From Heterodontus francisci (Eukaryota): a DNA stretch of 64,000 nt. Where the stretch lies: positions 94,849,605 to 94,913,604 of the forward strand of contig NC_090378.1 of NCBI RefSeq assembly GCF_036365525.1, written 5' to 3'. A model generated the notes under the pieces. That model saw only the letters and a program-made list of their open reading frames with translations. It searched no databases and had not been told where the DNA came from. Of this stretch, positions 1-12,292 are shown piece after piece (within the stretch, counting starts at the first letter, position 1; every line of letters starts with the position of its first letter). Made by a program: the position numbers and the translations under genes.

Positions 1-1939
1 ACAATCTGGCACATATGGCACATTTTACAAAACTGCACCATGTCCTTGGAAAGACCTGGTCAATAAAAATGTCAACCTATATGTGATTGGGTCTTCTGGA
101 TTCCCACATGACCTGCTATAGGAATTTCATGGGCTATCCTTAATACCTACCAGCGATACTTGGGTGGTACCACTATCTGGTGAACAACCGTCAAGTCTTC
201 ATCCGCACATCTGTGAGGTATCCACTTCCTCATCAGAATCCCATTTTTAATATAATAGCCTTCCGGAACCCCCTTTGTTTCAGCTTCAGTTAGAGCCGAT
301 TGTGTCACTTTACTTAACTCTGGATCGGCTTGCTGAGCCTTGATCGGAGATGACTAATGAAACATTTCCTTCAGATTATCCAAATCCCCAAAGAAAGTTT
401 CAGATATTCAGCTATCTGTGGTGCCAATTTGACCTCCGAAAATGGAACTTGTTTAGCCATTGCTTGGTTCGCTACACATGAAGGAAAAATTCCTGGAACC
501 TTTTCCTGCAACTGCTCTGACTCCTTGACTTCACTTAGTCTTCCCATGACGACTGGAGAAGCTATTACCTTTGCTCCGGCCAAATCAGGCAAACTATGGA
601 CAACTCTCACGGTTATCGTTCCAGACATTAGGTCACACTTCAGGTGCACCTGTTACAAAGGTACGGGTATATACTCCCTGCCAGTACCATTCACTAAAAC
701 CTTAGCATTCAATGCACTCTATGGTGGAAAAATTATGCCTTTTCCCAGCAAAAGAGTTTGGGTGGCTCCTGTATCCCTAAATATAACTGTAGGTTTACCT
801 GCCTCACTTGAGGGATAAGGAGTTACTTTTCCTTCCAACAAAAAATCCCTATAACTCTCAGGTATCTTGTTCATGTCCCCCGTACTCACAGCAGTTCTTG
901 TACTTAGCCTTACAGCTGCAGTCAGAGCTACAGCCTGATCTGTCGTACTCTCAGTCAGGGTCCCTTTCTCTGCATTGGCCTTGTGTACCCCAATAAGTCC
1001 CATGGGTTTACCTCGCAACTGCCAGCATTCTGCACAAAGGTGTCTCACCTTGTGGCAATGGAAACACTTCGACTTTCGGACCTCACTTCCTCTCTGGTCT
1101 GAGGAGGATATTCCAGGGCATTCTCAGCTGTCCCTTCTTGTCCCCGGCTACTTGCCTTCCTTTCACCCTCCCACCTTCTATCCTTCTCGCGTTTGTGGGG
1201 GTGACAGACAAAGGGTTTGGGCTTATAAACAAGCTCGTACTCATCAGTGATCTCAGCTGCCTGTCTGGCTGTTGAAACCTTCTGGTTCTCTACATGGGTT
1301 CTTTCTACCAGAGGGAGTAAATTTTTAAATTCTTCCAGGAGAATTATTTCCCTAAGGGTCTCATACATGGCCTCTATCTTTAGTGCCTACATCCAACGAT
1401 CAAAATTAATTTGATTTACCCTCTCAAATTCTATATATGTCTGCCCAGGCTGTTTCCAGAGGTTCCAAAATTTCAGCCGGTAAGCTTCAGAGACTACTCA
1501 TAAGCAGTGAGAATAGCCTTTTTTGCCATCTCATAATAGCAAAAATCTCTTCAGAAAGCATGGCATAAACTTCGTGAGCTCTGCCCATCAACCTGCTTTG
1601 CATAAGCTGTGCCCACTTCATCTGTCTAGCTATCTTTTCAAAAGAAATGCCTCTACGTCCCTTTCCTCAAACATCTGGAGGGCTTGCACAAATTTAAACA
1701 GCTCTCCATTGGGTACTGGGCTGAAGTCAGTTCTTTCCTCAGCAGAATTTTTACTGGAGTCAAGACCACCCTTTTTTTAGTTCTAGCTTTCTTAATTCGA
1801 ATACCCTTTCTTGCTCCCTTTCTTCTCTCCCTTTTTCTCTCTCCTGCCTCTCTTTTTTCTTTTAAAATTGTAGTTAAAGTTTTCCTATTTCTCCTTCCTG
1901 TTCAAGCTGCTTCAACTGCAACTGAATCCAAGCGAATTC

Positions 1940-2368
1940 ACAAGAACACAAGAAATAGGAGCAGAAGTAGACCATAATGGCCCATCGAGCCAGCTCCACC
2001 ATTCAATATGATCATGGCTGATCTTGGGCTTCAATTCCACTTTCCTGCCCACTCCCCATATCCCTTGATTTTCTGCGAGACCAAAAATTTATTTATCCCA
2101 GCCTTAAATGTATTCAATGATGGAGCATCCACAACCCTCTGTGGTAGAGAATTCCAAAGAATCACAACCCTTTGAGTGAAGCAATTTCTCCTCATCTCAG
2201 TCCTGAATGTTTGGCCCCTTATCCTGAGACTGTGTCCCCGTGTTCTAGATTCCCTGACCAGTGGGAACAATCTCTCAGCTTCTACCCTATCAAGCCCTTT
2301 CAGAATCTTGTATGTCTCAATTAAATCGCCTCTCATTCTTCTAAACTCTAGAGAATATAGGTCCAATT
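1940..2368 (-). mobile_element. CR1 LINE 3' fragment inserted into the Gypsy gag
   Basis: ORF 2031-2378 reads LYSLEFRRMRGDLIETYKILKGLD..FTQRVV.LWNSLP, the typical CR1 ORF2 C-terminus, followed by the 3' UTR. Confidence 0.9.
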
Positions 2369-2681
2369 GAATTATCATCTGAACTGCTTTTTCCTTCTTC
2401 CAATTTCAAAAGCTGTGCTTTTACCTCAATTATGTCTGCTTTCTTAGCCCCTGGTTTTAGCTAAAGGGCCAACTTTTCTGCCAGTCCTTTAGCCCAGCCT
2501 TGGTTAAGTTTTTCAAATCACTCAGGGATAAGTCGTCCCTCTCCAGAAAGATCGTAGCAACTCACAAAGCCATTCCGGTAGTGTAAACTTTACTCTAATG
2601 CACAGGAAACCTGGTGTTTTCATTTTCCCCTTTTCAATTATCGTCACCCCACTTACAATTGCACATCAGTGGCTTTGGGTT

Positions 2682-2699
2682 ATCCCAGAAAAGCCCCCA
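2682..2699 (-). other. Primer-binding site complementary to the tRNA-Pro 3' end
   Basis: Minus strand reads TGGGGGCTTTTCTGGGAT versus the tRNA-Pro PBS TGGGGGCTCGTCCGGGAT, a few bases inside the LTR. Confidence 0.75.
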
Positions 2700-2705
2700 G
2701 TTATA

Positions 2706-3545
2706 TGCTATGACCGAGGCAGGAGGAGTGCACTGTCTTTCTCTAGTCCCACTTCTCCACGGGTCATAACATATAGTTAAATGTTTTACCCAGTTACCAA
2801 TATGGCCAATTATATACTTTACCTATTTTAGTTTCAGAATAATAAACAATAAAAGTATTCATTTATTATAAAACAAGACTTCATCAATAAAAATGCAAAG
2901 CTTTAACACACAGTTTGAAATATGACAGTAAATATATATATTCCCTTCTAAATACCCAACACACAAACACACACCAGTTAAAGGAAAAATAAAGATGCTT
3001 TGGCCAAAATACTTGATAATTCTTGAAGAAAAAGGGTAAGATATGTAATGTTCCAGGTGGCATACAGTCTGGCATCTGACTACATGTACATGGGTCACTG
3101 GGATCTTTTCAGAAGCAGTTCATTGTGGAGATGTCGAGAGGAAGTCTTCCAGAAGTGTCTCAGGAGAAATGCGGCATCAGGGGTTTTAGCTATCACACAC
3201 TGGATGAGTTCTCGAGAAAAGATGAGTTGGATGCGTCTTTCTAGCAGACTTACCCAATTGACTCAAAACAGTATTCAAAAATGAAACCCACTCTTGAACA
3301 CCATAAACCGTGACATATCACTTCTCTAGTAAACAACTCCCATTGTCAGAAGGCACCTGTTATTTACTTGGCTGAAGACATGTGACATCCAGCAAATGTT
3401 TTTAAACAGTCTTTCCAGTGACACTTTAAAATAAAACAAAGTCCAGCATCTATGGAATCACTTTAGTTCTCCAATGAATCCATTTCCACAATTCTAAATC
3501 ATGAGTCCTCAAAAATAAATTTAAAATAGAAGCACTTTCATAACA
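2706..3545 (-). repeat. LTR of the Gypsy element
   Basis: Bounded by TGCTATGA...TCATAACA (TG..CA termini, imperfect inverted ends) and adjacent to the PBS. Confidence 0.75.
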
Positions 3546-5526
3546 AGGTCCAAAATAAGTTGTTTTTAATTAAAAATATATATATTTCCCAATAACATTA
3601 TTAAATTTATCCACAAAATTCTCTTTAATATATTCAATAATGCCACTTTCAAAAACTGCAGCTTGCAATTAATATTTTTTTCTTCAGAACGAGGAGCCTG
3701 TTAGTTGAGGCAGATCCCACATTCTGAACTTGTGCAATGTGCATAAATTTCTTGGATGCAGCAGTCGGATTTTGTCAGCCTGTCTCCCTTTAGCCTGTAA
3801 TAATCCACACGTCGTTAGTTATTTTTCCAAATTATTTGTAGAAAAGCAAAATGAAGAAGTTCAAAGGTTTTACTGAGATTAACCTAATAGCAGGTTTTAT
3901 TAACTAGCGAAAAATATAAATTTAGCAGAGATCACTTTAAACAAGACAGGAAAAATGATAATTGCACACAGGTGATTGCTTTTGTTTATCTTTGAATTCT
4001 GAAACAATCTATTATTTATTTTCCTCAATGGAAAAGTCAAATTGTATTTTTATCTGTTTTAGTTTGTACATTTTTGAAAAGGATTTGACTACAATTTTGC
4101 CATTTTAAATTTATAATGTTTTCAGCTAGCTGAAGCTTGTATTACAAGTTATTAACTTTTTTATTCTATTTCAGAAACTGAATGAAACGGAGAGTGAGGC
4201 AGACAGGAACTGGAATGTACAATAGATTGGACATCCGCTTCCTTACACCTCTGAGATCCAGTATAATTCCAGCTTGGACTGATAGGATAAAATTCTTCTA
4301 TCTGTTGGCTGTGTAAGGCTCTAATTGAAGGGTGGGCCTATAGCACAAATCTGCCCCTAATTTGGCACTAATTGGCAATGTCACTCAGAGAGTTCTCAGG
4401 ACAGTTGGTGTGGGAATTAAACAAAAAATTGGGTTTAAATGACATACTAGTGCAGAAGAGGAGCGGGTCTTGAACACATGTTAGGACAGAGTGAAGGGAG
4501 CTTCAGTTTAAATCTCGTTGTGTTATACATTGCTTGGGAGTGCTTGTTTCTGACATTGGATGCCTGGAATGGAAAGTATTCCATTCCTCCACACTGAATT
4601 TCATCACCTTGATAAGCAGTGGAGGGGGAAGCAAAAAGAGACAGACTGAAATACAATAAAAGCTGTGCAAGAATTCCAGCTGGCAACACTATTGGGAGAA
4701 AGCAGTGAGAAGTGGCAGGAGAAATCAGGGAAGTGGGAAAGTCTTGCAAGTGCTTGCAAGACTGACATGCAGAAATGGCAGCAAGAGGGAGCTAAGAGAG
4801 GCCCGTCTTTATAATAGTTCAGTTTAAGCATAAGAAAGGTGTGACAAAAATAGCATGATGGAAAAAACTTCATAGGACAGTGTTGCAGGAAGTGTTAAAC
4901 TTAGAGGAAGTGCATGCAAGAGTTTTAATTTATTATGGATATATAATGGTAAAGAAATAAGGCATAATTTTAAAAGGTGGAATAATGCTCCTTTAAACTC
5001 ACAGTCAATCTAATAATGGCTATTTAACTTGGATTTTATTTTCTAAGACTGGAAATTAACTGTATAATATGCTAATACTTAAAAGTAAGCCAATCAATGC
5101 CTTTTTTGAAATAGCTGACAGAGAAATTTGCTATTCAGGTATTCGGCCTTCATACGATAATCTCACACAGTGTAATTTTCAGGTTATAGCAAATGCTAAA
5201 CAAAGATTACATAGAGCTTACAGCACAGAAACAGGCCATTTAACCCAACTGGTCTATTCTGATGTTTACGCTCCATCTGAGCCTCCTCCCATCCTACTTC
5301 ATCTAGCCCTATCAGCATGCCATTCTATTCCCTTCTCCTTCAAGTGCTTATCTAGCTTCCCTTTTCAATGCATCCATACTATTCATTTCAACTACTCCAT
5401 ATAGTAGTGAATTCCACATTCTCGTCACTTTCTGGGTAAAGACGTTTCTCCTGAATTCTTTATTTATTAGTGATTATCTTATATTTATGACTCCTAGTTT
5501 TGGACACCTCCACAAGCAGAAATATT

Positions 5527-7009
5527 GGCCCCAATATTTACCTGGGTGGGATTTCCAAGTGGGCGGGGAGGAATTCTGGCAAACACTGTGAAGTTGTAAC
5601 TCCACAGTGTGTGTTTTTGCTTTAACAGGATCCCTGCCTGGAAACCAGCCTCATTGACAGGCTTGGTTCCCTGTCCAGCAGGGATGCTGCAACAGAGGTC
5701 ACAGTAGGTTTCCTGCTGCTTGGGGTAGAGATTGCAAGGGACGGGTGCATATAACATGGTTTGGAGTGTTGGGAGATGGGTGACTGCAGGGAGAGAGTTC
5801 AGGGGCAGAGATGGGGGTGTCCAGGAGAGACTGGAGGATAGTTGGGGAAAGATGGGGGGGCTGGATTTTATAGGGGCCTCGACACGGGTTCCGTGGCAGG
5901 GGGGACATGAAGATTAACCCAGATGAGACCCGACGACGGGACCATAATTTAAATATTCCAATAAATTTACTTACTTGAGTTAATGGCGCTCCCATCGCTT
6001 CCTGAAGTGGCGCCGTGATGTTCATCCCGGTGGCCAGCGCTGACGCGCCTTCTGATCCCCGTCCGGGGAAACGAGGCGCAACACCTGTGGGGAGGGGGGG
6101 GAGGAGGTAGGTTTCTCAGTGCAGGAGGGGGGAGCGGGGTCAATCTATTCTAATTGGTGGAAGGGATGGTGGGAAGGGGTAAAGTTAAAGGTTTGTGAAC
6201 TGTGGCGGGGGGGGGGGGGGCGGGGAGGTCAGATACACAAGGTAAGTATTTTTGGGGTGAGAGTGCATGGAATGAATGTATTGTTAATGGGGGGGGGGGT
6301 AGGTGGGAGAGGGGCTTGACTCATTTATTAAGTTTTTACTTTAATTTCATCGTGCCTATATAACTTTAAACATTTAAATTAAATGTAAGGGCTGGAAACC
6401 CTTTAAAAATGGTGGCAGCACCTGTGCAGTGACACCGGACGCTGTTGCGGGAGGTGGCTCACCCACCCCCCCCCCCACCTCCACGTCATTGGGGGGGACG
6501 CAGTCCCGCCCCGGCCATGAGCTGCTGTGTATAATATCGTGGCTGCTCCACAGTGTAAAACCCACAGTTGCGGGCCACCATCTTTTACGGCCACCGCCGA
6601 GTACGTAAAATCCAGCCTGGGGTGTCAGGAAGAGTCAGTGATCATGATGGGAGGTTCTGTGATTGCTGGGGGTGGGTGTCCAATCATTGGGGAGATTTAC
6701 AAGTTTGCTTGGGAGCTGCGTGGAGGCACTCCTGCTCCTCTAGGCCAACAATAGTGCTGGAAAATGATTTACCTGTTCATTGCAGTAGTCCTCAGCTCTT
6801 TAACAGTCCTTTAGCTACTCGGTTTCCTTGAAATGCAGATAAAAGCTCAGGCATGAAATCTCAATAAATTATTTAAATGAGCGATTCAGTTCCTGGGAGT
6901 GGGTTGATCGCAAACCCATCCTAGGTTTGAGGCAGTTTGGTTCAATTTGAGGTTTTTTATATTTTAACTTCCCACCCGACCCAAATCCACCTAAATAAAA
7001 ATTACCTCC
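5527..7009. mobile_element. Harbinger-type MITE (outer) with ATT target duplication
   Basis: ATT at 5524-5526 and 7010-7012. Removing the element restores continuous CR1 sequence. TIRs are imperfect. Confidence 0.55.
5858..6618. mobile_element. Harbinger-type MITE nested in another MITE
   Basis: TIRs GGGCTGGATTTTA / TAAAATCCAGCCT. Internal sequence is shared with 12293-13086, 21332-22182 and 38341-39175. Confidence 0.8.
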
Positions 7010-7864
7010 ATTTTCTCACGTCCACGCGATCAAACCCCTTCATAATTTGAAGGCTTCTATCAGGTTACCCAGAAACCTGTTTTTGTTTCAGATTTCCAGC
7101 ATCTGCAGTATTTTGCTTTTATATCCAGTTAAGCCTCAGCTTTTACCATTCTAGAGAAAAGAGGCCCAACCTGTTCAGTCTTTCCTGGTAATCATAACCT
7201 CTCAGGATCATCCTTGCGATTTTTTTTGCACCTTCACTAATATTCTGTTTTTTCTAACATGAAGACCTGAACTGTACACAGTAATCCAAGTGTGGTCTAA
7301 CCAAGGTTCCATATAAGTTTAACATAACTGCTCTGGTTTTCAATTCTATTCTTCTAGAAATGAGCCTTAGTGCTTTTTCTTTTGCATTTTTATAGCCTTG
7401 TTGCTATTTTTAATGATTTGTGAATCTGTACCCCTAAATCCCTTTGCTCCATTTGGACTATGGGGTTTAGATAAAAGGACTGGACATGATGAACTTCCGA
7501 ATTAAGAACAGAAATATACAGCTCATTCATCAGCCTGCGGAAGAGAAAGGACAAGGTTAAGATTTGAGTGGAGACCTTTAATTGAGAGCCATGCGAAAAT
7601 CCCTCTTCCTAACGATATGCGAAGCCCTTTCCTGCCAAATATTGATCGCTCTTTCCAGATCTGCAGCTTATTTCCTGGGTTTTCTTGTAACTATGACCTC
7701 TTGTTCTGTTTTTTTTTTCCATAGTTCTCTTGGTACTCCCTGCACCTTCCCCCCCCCCCCCCCCCCCCCCCACCCTCACATCACATCACAGACTAATTTA
7801 CTTTCACAAAGTAGCATTACAACAAAAAAAGAATAGGCTTGTGTCAAAGTGTGACGGACGTCTC

Positions 7865-7879
7865 GTTCCCAGTGGCAAC
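7865..7879. promoter_or_regulatory. RFX X-box in the putative CCDC190 promoter
   Basis: GTTCCCAGTGGCAAC fits GTYNCY-N(0-3)-RGYAAC and lies in a locally CpG-rich, non-repetitive patch upstream of a consensus splice donor. Confidence 0.6.
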
Positions 7880-8167
7880 GCTGAATTTAAAAAGCTGGTG
7901 TCCAGGGAGCGGGCCATTCAGCGAGATGCCGATTTATACAATGAGCTGGGAACGGTACACAGCAGCAGCAGCAGCGAGCTGGTGAGCACGGAGACAGCCC
8001 AGACACAGGCGGACTTCAGCACTGCAAGAGCTCCACCACTCACGAGCTGAAGGCGACCCACAGTCTCGCCTTCATCTCCCGAGAACACCGTCTCAGCTTC
8101 TCTGGAAAGAGAGAAGGAGGTCGGCTTTTATTCCATGTTATTTCTCCTCCTGACTTTCCCCGAGCGG
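7880..8167 (+). other. CCDC190: Putative non-coding first exon of CCDC190 (5' boundary uncertain)
   Basis: CpG-rich unique sequence ending in a consensus donor CGG|GTAAGT (8167/8168). The first coding exon begins with an acceptor (ttgcag, 14520), so an upstream exon is required. Confidence 0.55.
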
Positions 8168-8514
8168 GTAAGTGTAACTTGCTATGAACATTACAATTGG
8201 TGGAAGGGACATAGAGCAACCAAGGTGGGAAAGTAACAGTAAATAGTCGCCCTGTGAGACAGAGAGGTATAATGGTTTCAATTTAGTGTCTGTGCTCCAT
8301 GAATCCCCTTGATGTGCAACGATGATTACTAACCTTTCCAATTACAAAGCCTGTTTGTTTTTTCATTAAATTCTCACTACCAACTTTGAATCTTTTCCAC
8401 CCTCCCTACATGAACTTTGCTGTCAGAATTTCTATCTAAATGCTATTTATCTGACTGCATGTTCCATTAACTTTTTTAAAATAATCAATGTTGTAATGTA
8501 AGAAAAATGAGCCA

Positions 8515-8700
8515 CAATGTAATATTGGCCAGGACACCAGGGATAACTCCCCTGTCCTCGACATAATGGGATCATTTACATTCACCTGAGAGGGCAGGTG
8601 GAACCTTGGTTTAACATCTCATACAAAAGACTACCTCTGACAGTGCAGCACTCCCTCAGTTCTACACTCAAGTGTCAGCCTAGATTTTGTGCTTCAGTCA
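8515..8700 (-). mobile_element. DeuSINE (SacSINE/AmnSINE-like) fragment
   Basis: Reverse complement of the Deu-domain core seen at 40060-40487 and 63757-64000. Confidence 0.65.
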
Positions 8701-10534
8701 AGCATGCGATGGAACAGATATTACAAATTGTATGCCACTACAAAAAGGTATATTCAAAAGACTAAAGTCCCAATTCTAAATTCCTGTGCCTGGTGAGAAT
8801 GGAATGCACTCAGATCAGACATCCCACTTACATCCTGCTCCACTTTTGGCTCCATTGGAGCATAATATTTGTCAGGGTAAGTTGGGAGTCCAACTCAGGC
8901 ACGTGTGCTGGGGTAAAATCTGGGCTTAACTCTCTGGAGTTAGTCAAGTGGGATACGTTCCTCCAAAGACAGTTTTCAGTAACTTGATCTGGAGAGTTCT
9001 TAAACCTAGTAATGAGTTTCCATCCTGACCTACGTGACAAGGCTGACCAAAACAAAACTGAAAAGACAGCTCTGCCAATTTCTTATAAAAAGAAACAAGG
9101 AAACAAATGATAATCCTAGCTTCTCCTATTGGCAGAATTATTTGTTCATAAAAGAAATAATCTCAAGTCCACAATTTTGCCACCCACTTTGAGTTCCCAA
9201 CTGATAGTTAAAATTCAGTCAAACAGTGGTCTCAGCATCTACCATGACACCCATTAGCAGAAAGGTAAGAAATACATGAAACAAATTTCAAGACATTTTG
9301 TGACTCAAATAATAAACAATGTTCAAGTTTCATTCTCATAGTTTCTGTCATCCTTTAGGTCTCTGACTAGTTATAATCACTTCTAGTTTATTCTCTTTTA
9401 AAGTTGGACAGATTCTATCTGGGAGCAGATCTTTTGTGTTGAATTCCCTCTACAGTGGCACCCTTCTCAATGGCATCATGAGCCTTGTTTACAACTACAC
9501 CAGACATTATTCTGTCTTGTCACAGAGGGAGAATTGGGTACAAAATGTCTGCTCCTATGTTGTGTCCAACCAGCCGTTCAAAAGAATAAAACTTGGCGGG
9601 GACTGAGAGACGCTAGTAAGTATACAGATAACCCCGTTTTTATCATTTAAGACCACATGGTATGCATGTAGAGTACTATTGCTTTTGTTAAAAAAAAAAC
9701 TTAACTTCTGTACACAAACAAAAAAATACTAAGATTTGACCAGGACCATCCTCGTGAAACCATGAGTTTAAACATTTTGAATATTTTCAGGCAGATTTTA
9801 GTGATTCTTTGTCATACGTACATCCTGGATACATAAGTATAGTCAACATAAAACATTTCAGGATCACCTTACAATGGACACAATTAAGTGATGCTTATAG
9901 CCAGGCGACCAAAAACAAGGTCAAGCATGCAATGGAGCAGACATTACAAATCGTAGTCAATGCCATCATTGTAACAGAAACATGATTACCTTATTCTGTG
10001 ATTCTCCACATTTTTTTGTGGCTTCAAGAATTATCAAATGGGTGTAAAAATGCTTTGATAAGATTAGTTTATACTAGTTACACCTCCAAACTACCAAAGG
10101 TGTATCATTAACTTTTGCTGACAAAAGAATTGAAAATATTTATATCATTGAAAAGGGGAGTCTTGAAAAATTATAAACAGCAAACTTTTCAAAGTTGTGT
10201 AACAATGTATTTATCCTCTAATTTGTAGGCAAATAGAGCCATGTGACCTATCAGGAAGTAAAATTACAGACACATCGGAGCTTGCCTTTTCTTATTCACA
10301 CTCTGCCCTAGATATTGGAATAAAATGGGGGAAGATCTCCTCGGTGCACTATGTAATGTAATTGTAAATGCATTTGTAAAGAGCAAAGGAAATCTGATCC
10401 CCATGTACTAACAGGAGAGCTTCACAAGCTCTCCAAAAGAAAACGGTGCAAAGGAACTATAAAATGGGAACCTTTTGCTCAACACTTAATATGTAGTGTA
10501 CTAAAAAATGTTGAAATTCAATGGGGTTACTTTT

Positions 10535-11460
10535 CACCCAATCAAGTGGGCTGCTTTGTCCTGGATGGTGTCGAGCTTCTTGAGTGTTGTTGGAGCTGCA
10601 CTCATCCAGGCAAGTGGAGAGTATTCCATCACACTCTTGACTTGTGCCTTGTAGATGGTGGACAGGCATTGGGGTGACAGGAAGTGAGTTACTCGCTGCA
10701 GAATTCCAAGCCTCTGACCTGCTCTTGTAGCCATAGCATTTATGTGGCTGGTCCAGTTCAGTTTCTGATCAATGGTAACCCCCAAGATATTGATAATGGG
10801 GGATTCAGCGATCGTAATGCCATTGAACATCAAGGGGAGATGGTTAGATTCTCTCTTGTTTGAGATGGTTATTGCCTGGCATTTGTGTGGCACAAATGTT
10901 ACTTGCCACTTATCAGCCCAAGCCATGATGTTGTCCAGGTCTTGCTGCATCTGGACACTGGCTGCTTCATATCTGAGGAGTCGCGAATGGTGCTGAACAT
11001 TGTGCAATCATCACTGAACATCCCCACTTCTAACCTTATGATAGATGGAAGGTCAGTGATGAAGCAGCTGAAGATGGATGGGCCTAAGACACTACCCTAA
11101 GGAACTCCTGCAGTGATGTCCTGGGACTGAGATGATTGACCTCCAACAACCACAACCATCTTCCTTTCTGCTAGGTGTGTCTCCAACCAGCGGAGAGTTT
11201 CCCCCCTGATTCCCATTGACTCCAACCTTGCTAGGGCTCCGTGATGCCACACTTGGTCAAATGCAGCCTTGATGTCAAGTGCAATCACTCTCACCTCAGC
11301 TCTGGAGTTCAGCTCTCTTGTCCGTGTTTGGACCAAGGCTGTAATGAGGACAGGAGCTGACTGGCCCTGGCGGAACCAAACTAAGCATCAGTGAGCAGGT
11401 TATTGCTGAGCCAACTGCTGCTTGATAGCACTGTTGAAGACCCCTTCCGTCACTTTGCTG
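10535..11460 (-). mobile_element. LINE reverse-transcriptase fragment (same family as 55897-58970)
   Basis: ALDIKAAFDQVWH, AGVP and QQDLDNIMAWADKWQVTF..KC. Closely similar to ~56280-57200. Confidence 0.9.
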
Positions 11461-11492
11461 GGATGGAGGGATTAATATCCAGTAAAGACAAT

Positions 11493-12219
11493 GGCCCAGA
11501 TTTTGCAGTTGTAATTATGGTGAAAATATCAGCATTCACTGTCATTACTTCTCTGAAACTGACAGCAACTTCTGGAGCCTGCACATGCACAGTAAAATAC
11601 AAAAACATAGAATTTGCTGTTACTGATTCTGTGCTTTCCCATAAGGTGCACAGTTGAAGTTCCCCCAGAGTGCAATGAAATATAAATCACTGAACTGACC
11701 AGAAGTTGCCCTTTTATGCTTTAGTCATGCTGCAAAAACCCTTGAAAAAGTTACACCTTGTTTAATGAGGTGTAATTTGGTTTTTGATGGTATAGTAACT
11801 TCACATTTACTGCTGAACAGCCTTACTGGTCCTGAAAAACTAATTTTTATATTTCTCCGTCATGATAAATTCCACATTTAATTTTTTTTATCATTTGGTT
11901 ATGTTATTTCAGCTTCTACCTTAATCCCATGTACATGTCCCAATCATTTATTTCATTCTCTTTCAAATTTAATTTGAAGTGGAGGAGAATCAGTGTATTT
12001 CACTTCTGGGTTTGCTGTGAGTATACTTCAGTGTGATTGGTTGCTTACCCTGTTTGATGACATCACTGTTACTGGATGCCTGGAGATCCTCTTGGCATGG
12101 GGACATATTTAAACTGACATCAGCAAAGGTGATATCCACACTACAGAGTTTGTTGGGCAGCTTTTTTCGAGAACAGTGGTGAGTGGCATTGCTTCACTGC
12201 TGACTGTGCAATCTGGGCC
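11493..12219. mobile_element. Harbinger-type MITE (AT-rich subfamily) with AAT TSD
   Basis: TIRs GGCCCAGATTTTGCA / TGCAATCTGGGCC, with AAT on both sides. Confidence 0.75.
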
Positions 12220-12292
12220 AATGTTGCAAACTGAGAAGGAAAACAGATCAATAATAAATAAGTGAGCTATGAGAAACACTGCAAGAGTCATT

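Larger units (their letters stand above)
1..3545 (-). mobile_element. Degenerate Gypsy/Ty3 (Gmr1-like) LTR retrotransposon: 5' LTR, PBS, gag with SCAN-like region and CCHC knuckle, protease, integrase N-terminus; continues off the window start
   Basis: Minus-strand translation gives YETLREIILLEEFKN..ARQAAEITDEY (gag), KCFHCHKVRHLCAECW (CX2CX4HX4C, ~1022-1068), IFRDTGATQTLL (aspartic protease, ~750-785) and AHEIPIAGHVG..FCKMCHMCQI (integrase HHCC, 1-135). Stops and frameshifts are present. Confidence 0.9.
5205..7450 (-). mobile_element. Old CR1-type LINE 3' fragment interrupted by nested MITEs
   Basis: CR1-like 3' tail (acagcacagaaacaggccat) at ~5220. CR1-like sequence resumes after 7012 (atcaaacccctt.ataattt; aactgtacacagtaatccaagtgtggtctaacc). 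Confidence 0.65.

Noticed and set aside
4740-4763. Perfect inverted repeat AGTCTTGCAAG-tg-CTTGCAAGACT
   Set aside because: Isolated, with no associated element or second copy; no function can be supported.
7730-8050. 106 aa ORF over the putative promoter
   Set aside because: Non-ATG start, runs through a poly-C tract, no recognisable product; more likely promoter or 5' UTR.
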